In this document: in pieces, positions 1 to 9,423 of the stretch
Numbering within the stretch: the first letter of the stretch is position 1
How the letters are laid out: each line of letters opens with the position of its first letter
Origin: Patescibacteria group bacterium
GTDB taxonomy: Bacteria; Patescibacteriota; Minisyncoccia; Minisyncoccales; DG-74-3
DNA: 64,000 bases
Assembly: GCA_043818355.1 (NCBI GenBank)
Contig: JBDRFX010000021.1
Coordinates: 3,228-67,227 of the forward strand
Reading direction: 5' to 3'
Program-made: the position numbers and the translations under genes
Notes under the pieces: model-generated
What the model saw: the letters and a program-made list of their open reading frames with translations, nothing else
What the model was told of the DNA's origin: nothing
Databases searched by the model: none

Positions 1-368
1 CTCTTGGGCCAAGAGAAAATCTCTTTCTTTTTAAGAACACCTGCCCTAAATAACTCTCCTCCAAAGAATAAAATTGGTGCTAAGAATAGAATTGAGTAAC
101 CAGCCCAATATGCTTTAAATAAATTTAAAAAAGAGGCATTTCTTCCTCTTGATAATAAAATTGTTTTCCATCTTAATGTTCCCATTAAGATTATTGATAT
201 TGTTAAAAAGAAAATAACAAATCCCTTCTTAAAGCTAAAAATTGATAAGACATTCCCTAAGTTCTGCCAACCGACCATATCATAAATCAAGGAAAATATG
301 ACAATTCCAATCAAAAAAGAAATTAAGAAAAAAAATACTGTTTTAAAATTCATAAAAAAAGATTGTGT

Positions 369-1013
369 CTAAGAAAATCTTCTTTTCAGTTCATTCATAA
401 TATCAAAACAAATATCACTGTCACATTTTTCATAAGCTGATTCCCAAAGAAAATCAACTGATATATTCGCTCCGTCTTTTTTTCTTAAAAGTCCTTCAAG
501 CAAAACAGCTAAAACATTAAGCTGATTAAGTAATCTGGATTCTTGAGTACTTAATGTTTTATATTCATCGAATAAAGACATCATATCTTCTCTTACAGAT
601 TTAGATAGATTTTTAGTCATGCCTTTCAAAGCCTTTTTCTCTTTTTCATAATCCTTTAAATATTTATCTTTCTTTTCTTGTTTGGATAGTCTTGGCCATT
701 TCTCAATTATTTTTTTCTTCTCTTTTTGATTGTTTGGTAGAGTTCTACCATAAGGAGTAATTAAGTCCCCCGTTTGAGCAGAAGCGATTTCATGGCACAA
801 GGCCATTTTCAATATCTTTTCCATTTTTATTCCCTTTTGATCTTTCCCAAAAACCCAGGCCATTAAAGTTAATTTATAAAGATGGTCCATGACTGTTTCT
901 GGGTTTTTAATACCCAAAGAAACCCATATCTTTCTTGGCATTCTTTTGAGCTTATCTATCTCTATGAAGAAATCTAAGTAATCTACAAAGTCTTTATTTG
1001 TTTGAGTTGTCAT
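369..1013 (-). CDS. HD-domain phosphohydrolase, YfbR/HDDC2-like (5'-deoxynucleotidase family)
   Basis: 214-aa ORF with motifs DHLYKL and ALCHEIASAQTGDLITPYGR, resembling the H...HD/HE...TGDxPTP pattern of YfbR-like HD hydrolases. Confidence 0.5.
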   Translation of the reverse strand: MTTQTNKDFVDYLDFFIEIDKLKRMPRKIWVSLGIKNPETVMDHLYKLTLMAWVFGKDQKGIKMEKILKMALCHEIASAQTGDLITPYGRTLPNNQKEKKKIIEKWPRLSKQEKKDKYLKDYEKEKKALKGMTKNLSKSVREDMMSLFDEYKTLSTQESRLLNQLNVLAVLLEGLLRKKDGANISVDFLWESAYEKCDSDICFDIMNELKRRFS

Positions 1014-1042
1014 TTTTTTAAATTAATATCTTTTTAAAAAAT

Positions 1043-1068
1043 ATATTCAGAACTTTAATTCTGAATAT
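1043..1068 (-). terminator. Perfect 10-bp hairpin (atattcagaa/ttctgaatat) followed by a T-run on the minus strand, downstream of greA
   Basis: Inverted repeat read directly. On the minus strand it is followed by TTTTTT. It lies about 100 nt past the greA stop, so it could be a terminator or an attenuator before the HD gene. Confidence 0.4.
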
Positions 1069-1089
1069 ATTATAACAAATATTTCATAT

Positions 1090-1195
1090 TTGTTTAAGAA
1101 AACTCGTATTTTATTTTCTTAATAACAAATATCTAAGAAAATTCATATTTAACTTTCTTAATAACAAATATCTAAGAAAACTCGTATTTTACTTT
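1090..1195. repeat. About 41-bp tandem direct repeat (2-3 copies) that duplicates the 3' end of greA
   Basis: cttaataacaaatatctaagaaaa and gaaaactcgtatttta each occur twice. One copy overlaps the last greA codons. Confidence 0.5.
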
Positions 1196-1648
1196 TTTAA
1201 TCTTGTAGGCCAATGTAACCGGTGAGTTAATAATAACTTCATCTCCTATCTTGTTGCCTAAAAGAGCTTTACCAACAGGAGATTCAGAAGAAATTTTACC
1301 TTCTCCAGGATTTGCTTCCAATGTCCCCACTATCATAAACTCATTGTTGGAACCATCTTTTTCTTCTAAAGTAACCGTTGCTCCCAAGTGAACTTCTTTT
1401 TTAGCAATACCTGAAGGGGCTTTTATTACTACTGTATTTTTTAATATATTTTCTAACTCCATTAGTCTTGTTTCAATAAAGGTCAAATCTTCCCTAAAAG
1501 AAATGTATTCTGGATTTAAGTCTTCTGAATACAAAATTCTAGGAGCCTCCTCTCTCACTTTAAAAAGCTTCCTTTCCTTTAGGTCATCATACTCCTTTTT
1601 AATCTTCTCTGATCCTTTTTTCGTTAGATAATATTTTTTTTCTTCCAT
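1172..1648 (-). CDS. greA: Transcription elongation factor GreA
   Basis: 158 aa. N-terminal coiled coil and C-terminal FKBP-like domain (ATVTLEEKDG...EFMIVGTLEANPGEGKISSESPVGKALLG), typical of GreA. Confidence 0.9.
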   Translation of the reverse strand: MEEKKYYLTKKGSEKIKKEYDDLKERKLFKVREEAPRILYSEDLNPEYISFREDLTFIETRLMELENILKNTVVIKAPSGIAKKEVHLGATVTLEEKDGSNNEFMIVGTLEANPGEGKISSESPVGKALLGNKIGDEVIINSPVTLAYKIKKVKYEFS

Positions 1649-1917
1649 GATATTTAGCTACAAAGCCTCCTGACTTAGGAGGCTTGGCAAATTATGTTTT
1701 TACTTTGTTTAATATAAATCTTTGACCAGACCCTCCTAATGGTGACTAAATAGTTTTTTTGTTGTGCAAAAAAGTCTATCAGTCTTAATGATAATCTTAG
1801 AACTAGTGACTTTTTGATTTTCTTGCAACATCATATTTGATCTTTATATCTCAATGATCTCACTGTTGAACATAAATCTATTCTAATCAAAGAAAAGTTC
1901 CTGTCAAGTGAGGTTTT

Positions 1918-3159
1918 CTAAAACAACATTGATTGAGATATTCTTTTTTTTAAATCTGTTTCAGAAAATATTTCTATTCTTCCAAAAACACCATCATGTC
2001 CTGGTTTGATATTAACTTTTCCCTCTCTTACCCTAATAATTCCTTCCGCAATATTGGCATCACAAACCTCTTCTATTTCTTTTCTAGAAGCCTCTATCAA
2101 AATATAGAATTCATTTTTTAAACCTTTAATCATATTGTCATATAGTGACTGCACTTTCTTACTCTTTGGCCCAATGCCAACACATTCAGAAATAATTTCT
2201 TCTAAAGGTATTATGCTTTTAAAAGGAATTTTTCCTTTTGATCCCAATGGCCTATCCGCTAATTCTTGAACCCTACTTAAAACTCCGATAGTAAGGGCTT
2301 TTCCGCAGACAGGACATATTCCTCCAGATCTTAAAGATTGTTGAGGATCAAAACAAATATCACATGACCTATGACCATCATAATGATATTTTCCTTCTTC
2401 TGGGAAAAACTCTATTGTATACAAAAACTTTTTTGGATCATTGGATTTAATAGCATCAATAATGCCATGATAACTAAGTTCTGTATCAAAAACATTCGCC
2501 TCTCTCCCTATCTTAGACGCAGAATGAGCATCTGAATTAGAAATTAAGGCAATATTATCTAAGGAAGATAATTGCCAATTCATAGATGGCGAAGAAGAAA
2601 GTCCTGTTTCAACGGCATATATGTGTTTCGCATAATCTTCAAAACATTCTTCGATAGAATTAAATCCTGACTTTGATCCGAATAAAGCAAACCATGGAGT
2701 CCAAATATGAGCAGGTACAATTAAACAATCTTTGTCAGCCGTTAAAACGATTCTAGCCAATTCTTTGACGTCCAGTCCTAATATTGGCCTTCCATCTGAT
2801 TTCAAATTACCTATTTTATCTAATTCAGAATTAATTTCGTCTACTGCTTCAAATGATGGAGCAAAAACTACAATATGTACTTTACGAACTTTCCCTCCCT
2901 TAGAATAGATACAACTAATTTCTGATGTGAGTAGGAAACGGACTCCTGTTGTTGATTTTTTAAAACAGAAAAGACCAGTTTCTGCTGGCTCTAAATTGGT
3001 TTTTAATTCTTTCAACCATTCTGGATGAGTAAAATCGCCCGTCCCCAAAACATTTATTCCTTTAATTTTAGCCCATAAATCTAAATTTTCTACATTAATC
3101 TTGGGAGAACAAGCTCTAGAAAATCTTGAGTGAATATGAAGGTCAGTTATAATTTTCAT
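1918..3159 (-). CDS. PHP-domain nuclease, endonuclease Q (TIGR00375)-like
   Basis: 413 aa. N-terminal DLHIHSRFSRACS PHP metal motif and C-terminal zinc ribbon CDICFD...CPVCGK. Length and architecture match EndoQ. Confidence 0.55.
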   Translation of the reverse strand: MKIITDLHIHSRFSRACSPKINVENLDLWAKIKGINVLGTGDFTHPEWLKELKTNLEPAETGLFCFKKSTTGVRFLLTSEISCIYSKGGKVRKVHIVVFAPSFEAVDEINSELDKIGNLKSDGRPILGLDVKELARIVLTADKDCLIVPAHIWTPWFALFGSKSGFNSIEECFEDYAKHIYAVETGLSSSPSMNWQLSSLDNIALISNSDAHSASKIGREANVFDTELSYHGIIDAIKSNDPKKFLYTIEFFPEEGKYHYDGHRSCDICFDPQQSLRSGGICPVCGKALTIGVLSRVQELADRPLGSKGKIPFKSIIPLEEIISECVGIGPKSKKVQSLYDNMIKGLKNEFYILIEASRKEIEEVCDANIAEGIIRVREGKVNIKPGHDGVFGRIEIFSETDLKKRISQSMLF

Positions 3160-3160
3160 A

Positions 3161-4294
3161 TTAACTAAAAAAATGAAAAATTGCTCCTATTAAAAAAACC
3201 ATCAACAAAGCATTAGTAACAAAATTGGGAACATTGAGAGAATATTCTGGCTCTCTGTCTCCCAAAACCTTGGCTTTTTTAAATATTGAAACTATGATTA
3301 TTCCCTCTATAGCTCCAATCATTGTGCCTGCAAAACCTATAACTCCAATAAATTCTCTGAAACCCAGCAAAAACATTGTTAATGGAACTCCCCAAGAAAA
3401 CCAAAGGGCTGTTTTTCTCTTAAAATTATAGTCATGTATAAGCGTATTCTTAAGATATAAACCAAGGATTAAAAAAGAATCAGCTATAGTAATAAATCCT
3501 GCTAAAACTCCCAAAAGAATAATGTTTTTATTCAAAAACGGTATTAATCCCAAGAATGTATCAGGAGAAGTATATTTACCACTCACTCCCATAACAGCTA
3601 ACACGAATATAAAATAAACAACTATAGAGACTATCATGGAGAATATAATAGATTTCTTAAGTTTCTTTCTTTCTTTTCCTTTTAAAATTTCTGTCATCTC
3701 AGGAATAGCCGACCAACCAGTTAAAGCAAATAATATAACTCCGTATGGTAAAAAAACTTGACCAGGATTAAATAATACAAAATTATAAACCTCTATATTA
3801 GAAAAGCTTAATATAAATATCGCAAAGACAATGAGAATAAAAGCCGTATTGGTGAATAATTCAGCTTTAGCTACTAATCTGGCTTCTTTTAAGAAAAATG
3901 GCAATAGGATAAAACTGAAAATTAAACTAAATTGAAAATAAGACAGGTTAATGGATGGGAAAAACAAAAGCCTTAAGAAATTTCCTCCTAAAATAATATA
4001 GGCCAATAGAGCTAAAACTGTTCCCAATAAAACTGAAAAAGAAGTTATTATTTTACCATTATTACCTAAATATTTTTTAGCATAGCCTGGCAAGCGACAA
4101 TTTTCTTTTGTTCTTAAAATAATTTCTCCGAAGAATAAATGAATCAATGTACTAACTATTCCCAAAATAAGAAAATAGAAAATAGCTGGCAATAATCCAC
4201 TTTTAACGACTACAAAAGGAAGACCAAAAATTCCAGCACCAATCATAGTGCCTAACAATAATGAAGAAGATAAAAAAAAGTCTTTACTTTCCAT
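3161..4294 (-). CDS. Amino acid permease (AAAP/HAAAP-type, 10-11 TM)
   Basis: 377-aa polytopic membrane protein. N-terminal LLLGTMIGAGIFGLPF motif is typical of aromatic/hydroxy amino acid permeases. Confidence 0.5.
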   Translation of the reverse strand: MESKDFFLSSSLLLGTMIGAGIFGLPFVVVKSGLLPAIFYFLILGIVSTLIHLFFGEIILRTKENCRLPGYAKKYLGNNGKIITSFSVLLGTVLALLAYIILGGNFLRLLFFPSINLSYFQFSLIFSFILLPFFLKEARLVAKAELFTNTAFILIVFAIFILSFSNIEVYNFVLFNPGQVFLPYGVILFALTGWSAIPEMTEILKGKERKKLKKSIIFSMIVSIVVYFIFVLAVMGVSGKYTSPDTFLGLIPFLNKNIILLGVLAGFITIADSFLILGLYLKNTLIHDYNFKRKTALWFSWGVPLTMFLLGFREFIGVIGFAGTMIGAIEGIIIVSIFKKAKVLGDREPEYSLNVPNFVTNALLMVFLIGAIFHFFS

Positions 4295-4349
4295 AATTGT
4301 TAAATTTTAGCAAATTGAACATAAGAAGTAAATTTAAAAACTTAAAAAC

Positions 4350-4375
4350 CAAAAACGGGAAAAATCCCGTTTTTA
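4350..4375 (-). terminator. Rho-independent terminator after the methyltransferase gene
   Basis: Hairpin acggga-aaaa-tcccgt flanked by A-run/T-run. Both strands read as stem plus U-tract. Confidence 0.5.
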
Positions 4376-4536
4376 GCTCAGAGGGAAAAGATTCTCAATA
4401 AACTTGACCGTAATTTAATCTAGCATTGGACATTAGCTAGGCTGCAGCTTCAGTCTCCTTTATCAAAAATCGGTTGTCCTTAGAGAAATATCTCATACCC
4501 TCTTCACTATACATAATAAATATTTTAAACAGCATG

Positions 4537-5295
4537 TCAAGTGCTACTTTTCTCCACAGCTACTAAATAAATATTCTGTCTGTTCCCTTTTTCATTCTTA
4601 ACAACTCCCAATTCTTTAATTTTGAAGCCAGCTCTTTCAATTAAATCTCTTAATTCTGTTTTAGAAAAGAAGTGATAATACCTTTCCGCTTGCTTTCCAA
4701 AAGAGATCATCGCATCTCCAAAATCTAAGTCTGTTTTGCCTAATAATTTTAAAATAGTATACTTAAAACAAGCTAAGAGCTCTTTTTTTTGACGAGGCAT
4801 CCAAACAGTAATAATTAAATTTCCTCCAGGTTTTAGGGTTCTTTTGAGCTCTTTCAAAAACTGTAAACGCAATTCTTTAGAAGGAATTTGATGGAGGACT
4901 GCTATGCTACAAATGTTATCAAAATAATTATTTTGAAAAGGTAAGTTTAAAATTCCTCCTACAAAAAACTTGGATTCAGGATATGTTTTTCTAGCAATTT
5001 CTATTAACTCTTGAGATTGATCTATTCCAAAATATTCCACTCCCTTCTTTTTGAAAACAGGAACGTATCTTCCATTTCCACATCCTGCGTCCAAAACCCT
5101 ATCTCTCTCTCTTAAATAATTATCAAATAAAAAAAGAATCTCGTCCCATAAACCACCTCTTGTTCTTGAAAAATCTTGAGCTATGAGATTGTAATCATCT
5201 TTAGTTTTCTTAATTAAATTTTCTGCTATTTCTTTTTTCATGGATATAAACGAATCAACAATTTTAGAACTAATAAAATCAAAGGCTGAAAACAA
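4537..5295 (-). CDS. Class I SAM-dependent methyltransferase
   Basis: 252 aa. Motif I VLDAGCGNGRY and the downstream acidic loop are typical of a Rossmann methyltransferase. Confidence 0.75.
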   Translation of the reverse strand: MFSAFDFISSKIVDSFISMKKEIAENLIKKTKDDYNLIAQDFSRTRGGLWDEILFLFDNYLRERDRVLDAGCGNGRYVPVFKKKGVEYFGIDQSQELIEIARKTYPESKFFVGGILNLPFQNNYFDNICSIAVLHQIPSKELRLQFLKELKRTLKPGGNLIITVWMPRQKKELLACFKYTILKLLGKTDLDFGDAMISFGKQAERYYHFFSKTELRDLIERAGFKIKELGVVKNEKGNRQNIYLVAVEKSST

Positions 5296-6820
5296 GTCTG
5301 GTTTAGCTTTGGCAAAAAGACGAACAGCTAAACTATATAAATCTACACTACCAACTAATATTAGTTTATTAAAAACTTATCATAGATTACTTAAAAGAAA
5401 AAGAATTAAAAAAGATGAAAAAATAGAGAATATTTTGAAAACCAGACCCGTGCGCTCTCTTTCTGGCATAGTCAATATTTCTGTTCTAACGAAACCATAT
5501 CCTTGCCCGGGAAAATGTATATATTGTCCAACTCAAGCTGGCGTTCCTAAAAGTTATCTTGATAACGAACCTGCTGTTATGAGAGCCATATTGAATAAAT
5601 ATGATCCTAAAAACCAGATGATAACTAGAATGGATGCTTTAAAAGATAATGGGCATGATACAGATAAAATTGAATTAAGAATTATTGGAGCCACCTGGAG
5701 CTTTTACCCAAAAAGATATCAGACTTCTTTTATTAAAGAGTGTTTTGACGCTGTAAACTCTAAAAAATCTAAAAACCTAGAAGAAGCTCAAAAACTTAAT
5801 GAAAAAGCAAAAAACAGAATCGTAGGAATATGCGTAGAAACAAGACCTGACTTTATTGATCAAGAAGAAATAAAAAGAATGAGAGGACTAGGAATTACAA
5901 GAGTTGAATTGGGAGTTCAAAGTGTTTACGATGATGTCTTAAAGCTCAACAAAAGAGGCCATAAGACAAAAGCTACTGTTGATGCTACAAAACTATTAAA
6001 AGATGCTGGTTTCAAAGTGGGTTATCAAATGATGCCCAATCTGCCAGGTTCAAATGTTAAAAAAGACGAAGAGATGTTTAAACAACTTTTTCTTTCTAAA
6101 GACTTTAAGCCAGATCTTTTAAAAATATATCCCACTGCCCTATTAAAACAAGCTCCTCTTTATAGATTATGGAAAAAGAAAAAATACAAGCCATATACAA
6201 AAAAAGAACTGATTACTCTTCTTAAAAAAATTAAATTGAGTATTCCTTGTTTTGTCAGAATACAAAGAATTATTAGGGATATCCCATCTCAAAGCATTGT
6301 GACAGGTCCTGCTAAGATTTCTAATATGAGACAGATTTTAAAAAAAGAATTGGAAGCAGAAGGAAAAAAATGTAAGTGTATTAGGTGTAGAGAAATCAGA
6401 GACAGTTATGATCCAAAAGAAAAAATCAAAATGTTTAGATTAGACTATGATGCCTCTGATGGTAAAGAAATTTTTCTGACTTTTGAAAATGAGAAACAAG
6501 AAAGACTCTATAGTCTATTAAGATTAAGAATTCCTTCTCATTTTTTTACAAAAGAAAAACATTTTTTACCTATTCTGCAAGGTTCAAGCATTGTCAGAGA
6601 AATTCATACTTACGGACAACAGCTTGCTCTAAAACAAAAAGGAGTTTCAGCTCAACATAAAGGATTGGGGAAAAAACTAATGAAAGAAGCTGAAAGAATC
6701 ACTAAAAAAGAATTTGGACTTAATAAAATATCTGTTATATCTTCTGTCGGAACCAGAGAATATTTTAAAAAAATTGATTACAAACTCCAAGATACTTATA
6801 TGGTGAAGTCTTTTAAATAA
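5240..6820 (+). CDS. elp3: Elp3-like radical SAM / GNAT acetyltransferase (tRNA wobble-uridine modification family)
   Basis: 526 aa. Radical-SAM cysteine triad CPGKCIYCP followed by a C-terminal GNAT-like domain. Length and domain order match Elp3. The true start may be an internal Met, because the first 56 nt overlap the divergent methyltransferase ORF. Confidence 0.7.
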   Translation: MDINESTILELIKSKAENKSGLALAKRRTAKLYKSTLPTNISLLKTYHRLLKRKRIKKDEKIENILKTRPVRSLSGIVNISVLTKPYPCPGKCIYCPTQAGVPKSYLDNEPAVMRAILNKYDPKNQMITRMDALKDNGHDTDKIELRIIGATWSFYPKRYQTSFIKECFDAVNSKKSKNLEEAQKLNEKAKNRIVGICVETRPDFIDQEEIKRMRGLGITRVELGVQSVYDDVLKLNKRGHKTKATVDATKLLKDAGFKVGYQMMPNLPGSNVKKDEEMFKQLFLSKDFKPDLLKIYPTALLKQAPLYRLWKKKKYKPYTKKELITLLKKIKLSIPCFVRIQRIIRDIPSQSIVTGPAKISNMRQILKKELEAEGKKCKCIRCREIRDSYDPKEKIKMFRLDYDASDGKEIFLTFENEKQERLYSLLRLRIPSHFFTKEKHFLPILQGSSIVREIHTYGQQLALKQKGVSAQHKGLGKKLMKEAERITKKEFGLNKISVISSVGTREYFKKIDYKLQDTYMVKSFK

Positions 6821-7768
6821 TTAATTTCTTGAATGACGAATCACTCCAGAACAAGCAACAATTTCTATTCCCTGTTTCTCTAATTCATCTAAGAATAAAT
6901 TAATTCCTAAAGAATCAGATGAAATATGCCCAGGAATAACAACGTTAACATGAGCTTCTTCGGCTTTCTTCTTTCTCTCTTCTGACATATGCATGCTAAT
7001 AATTGTACCAATACCAGCCACAGCCATTTTTTCATAAAGCTCTGGCGAACCTTCTGTTCCTCCAGTAATTTCAGTAACGGCAATCTTCCCACATCTATTG
7101 TCTTTGTTTCCAACAAAAATCTTGGGACCATTACCAAGCTTAATTGACTCCTCATATTCTGGAATTTCTTTTAAAATCTTCATGATATCTTCAATTCTAG
7201 AATGCTCATCTAGACTTGAAACTCTATCCTTCAAAAAATTAGCTGCTAAATTATCACAAGGAGTATGTATGCACATTAAATTAAATCCTAATAATTTAGC
7301 TGCATCTACTGTTCTTTGATGATTGATTACATTAACCCCCCTAGCCACTTCAGATATTCTCTTCTTCATTAAAGCTTCTGCTACATTAATAGGAACACCA
7401 TATTGATTTAAAACGTCACACTGTAATTCCATCACATCTGCCAAGTTAGCTAAAGCACTTCCTAGAGGATGATGAGAAATGATTAAATCAATGTCTCCCA
7501 GCTCTTTAGCCAATAAAATCTCTGAAGGATCAACATCAACTCCAATCAAGATTTTCTTAATTTCTTTATCATCTGAAACGTTTAAAATTCTAGAATCAGA
7601 ATATGGGTTCTCTAGGCTGTCCTGATCAAATTCATTTTTCTCTACTTCAGAAAGTTTTTCGAATTTATCTTTTTTTCTTTCTAGAAAGATCTCTATTTTT
7701 TCCTTACTTCTAAAATCAGCCCCTATTCCCATCTTAATTGCTAAATTGTATATATCTCTAACTTTCAT
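6821..7768 (-). CDS. Nif3/YbgI-family dinuclear metal-centre protein
   Basis: 315 aa. IISHHPLG motif and C-terminal PGHISSDSLG region are reminiscent of the YbgI/Nif3 fold. Confidence 0.55.
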   Translation of the reverse strand: MKVRDIYNLAIKMGIGADFRSKEKIEIFLERKKDKFEKLSEVEKNEFDQDSLENPYSDSRILNVSDDKEIKKILIGVDVDPSEILLAKELGDIDLIISHHPLGSALANLADVMELQCDVLNQYGVPINVAEALMKKRISEVARGVNVINHQRTVDAAKLLGFNLMCIHTPCDNLAANFLKDRVSSLDEHSRIEDIMKILKEIPEYEESIKLGNGPKIFVGNKDNRCGKIAVTEITGGTEGSPELYEKMAVAGIGTIISMHMSEERKKKAEEAHVNVVIPGHISSDSLGINLFLDELEKQGIEIVACSGVIRHSRN

Positions 7769-7962
7769 CTTTCTTGATGCCTAACTTTTGATACATTTTT
7801 GCAATTTTTTCGCTAACATCTTTCAAATTCAAAGACTTCTTCCTAATTTGAGCTTTTTCTAAACGTATGTGTTTTCTTAATGATTTGGTCAATTTCTTTT
7901 TCATTTAATCTTATTCTCTTATATTGCTGTCTAATCTAGCACTTTAATCTATTTGTTTCAAA

Positions 7963-8844
7963 TTAGTTTTTCATTTCTCTCAAAATCCTTATCCTTTCTT
8001 CGACAGGAGGATGAGTCATAAATAAGCTACTAATAGTCTCTCCTCTCAAGGGATTGGCTATATATAAGTGAGAAGTAGCACTACTGGCTGATTTTAAAGA
8101 CTCTGGATAAACAGATATTTTTTCTAAAGCAGAAGCTAATCCTTCGGGATAACGAGTCAATAAAGCAGCCGAAGCATCCGCCAAAAACTCTCTTTGACGA
8201 GAAATTGCAAAACGTACCAATGAAGCAATAAGCGGAGCAATGATAGCCACTAGTATTCCGAATATTACAAGAACTGAATTTTTGTTCCTAGAACTGTCTC
8301 TTCTAGATCTAAAATTAATTCTTAAAAAATAGTTTGATATATTAGAAACTAATCCAAACAAAGCCACCATAGCACTTCCCAATAACATATCCTTGTTACC
8401 AATATGCGACAATTCATGAGCAATAACTCCTTCTAATTCTACTCTTTCTAATTTTTCCAAAAGCCCACTGGTCACTGCAATAACAGCATGATTTTCATCT
8501 CTCCCTGTAGCGAAGGCATTGGGTTGATTGTCTTGAATAATATATATTTTAGGGAAAGGAAGCCCAGAAGCAATGCAAAGATTTTCAACCAATCTATATA
8601 GTTCTGGATTATCTTGTTTTTCAATCAACTTTGCACTTGAGAGCGCTAAAACAATTTTATCTGAAAACCAAAAACTAGAAAAACTAAAAAATACTGAAAA
8701 AGCAGAACCTATTAATAGAATAGATTGATCTTCGAGGATATAGCTGAAAACCCAACTGAGACTAATTACTAAAAAAAGAAAAAAAGTTATTAGAAACCAA
8801 GTTTTGCGGATATTTGAATCCGCTTTAGAGTATAAAGTAGACAT
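7963..8844 (-). CDS. htpX: HtpX-family M48 zinc metalloprotease
   Basis: 293 aa. N-terminal TM helices, HELSH zinc motif (HExxH), and the usual LemA-HtpX gene pair. Confidence 0.85.
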   Translation of the reverse strand: MSTLYSKADSNIRKTWFLITFFLFLVISLSWVFSYILEDQSILLIGSAFSVFFSFSSFWFSDKIVLALSSAKLIEKQDNPELYRLVENLCIASGLPFPKIYIIQDNQPNAFATGRDENHAVIAVTSGLLEKLERVELEGVIAHELSHIGNKDMLLGSAMVALFGLVSNISNYFLRINFRSRRDSSRNKNSVLVIFGILVAIIAPLIASLVRFAISRQREFLADASAALLTRYPEGLASALEKISVYPESLKSASSATSHLYIANPLRGETISSLFMTHPPVEERIRILREMKN

Positions 8845-8851
8845 AAAGCCT

Positions 8852-9400
8852 TTAGAATTTTACCTCTGGGACCTGTCTTTCAGCTTCGCTCTCTGTTCCA
8901 AAAAATTCTTCTTTGTTAAAATCCATCGTAGAAGCAATAAGTTTGGTTGGAAATGTTTCTACTTTAGTATTCCAATCTCTAACATTGCCATTATAAAATC
9001 TTCTGGCTGACTGAATTTTATCTTCTGTATCTCTCAACTCTCTTTGAAGTTCAACGAAATTAGCTGATGCTTTTAATTCAGGATAACTTTCAGAAACAGC
9101 AATTAAAGACTTTAGAGTACCAGAAAGCATGTTTTCAGCTTCTCCTTTCTCTTTTAATCCCTGCGCTCCCATTGCCATACTTCTAGCTTCTGAAACCTTT
9201 TCGAAAACTCCTTTTTCATGAGTAGCATAACCCTTTACTGTTTCAACTAAGTTAGGGATTAGGTTATACCTACGTCTTAATTGAACATCAATGTCTGACC
9301 AAGCCTCTTTAACTCTATTATGAAGAGTAATTAAGCCGTTGTACGTACTAACTATCCACAGAAACAAAACAACTAAAAATCCTAATAAAAATTGTATCAT
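8852..9400 (-). CDS. lemA: LemA-family membrane protein
   Basis: 182 aa. Single N-terminal TM, then LHNRVKEAWSDIDVQLRRRYNLIPNLVETVKGYA, the LemA signature. Confidence 0.85.
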   Translation of the reverse strand: MIQFLLGFLVVLFLWIVSTYNGLITLHNRVKEAWSDIDVQLRRRYNLIPNLVETVKGYATHEKGVFEKVSEARSMAMGAQGLKEKGEAENMLSGTLKSLIAVSESYPELKASANFVELQRELRDTEDKIQSARRFYNGNVRDWNTKVETFPTKLIASTMDFNKEEFFGTESEAERQVPEVKF

Positions 9401-9423
9401 ATTCTTTAATTACTAATATTATT

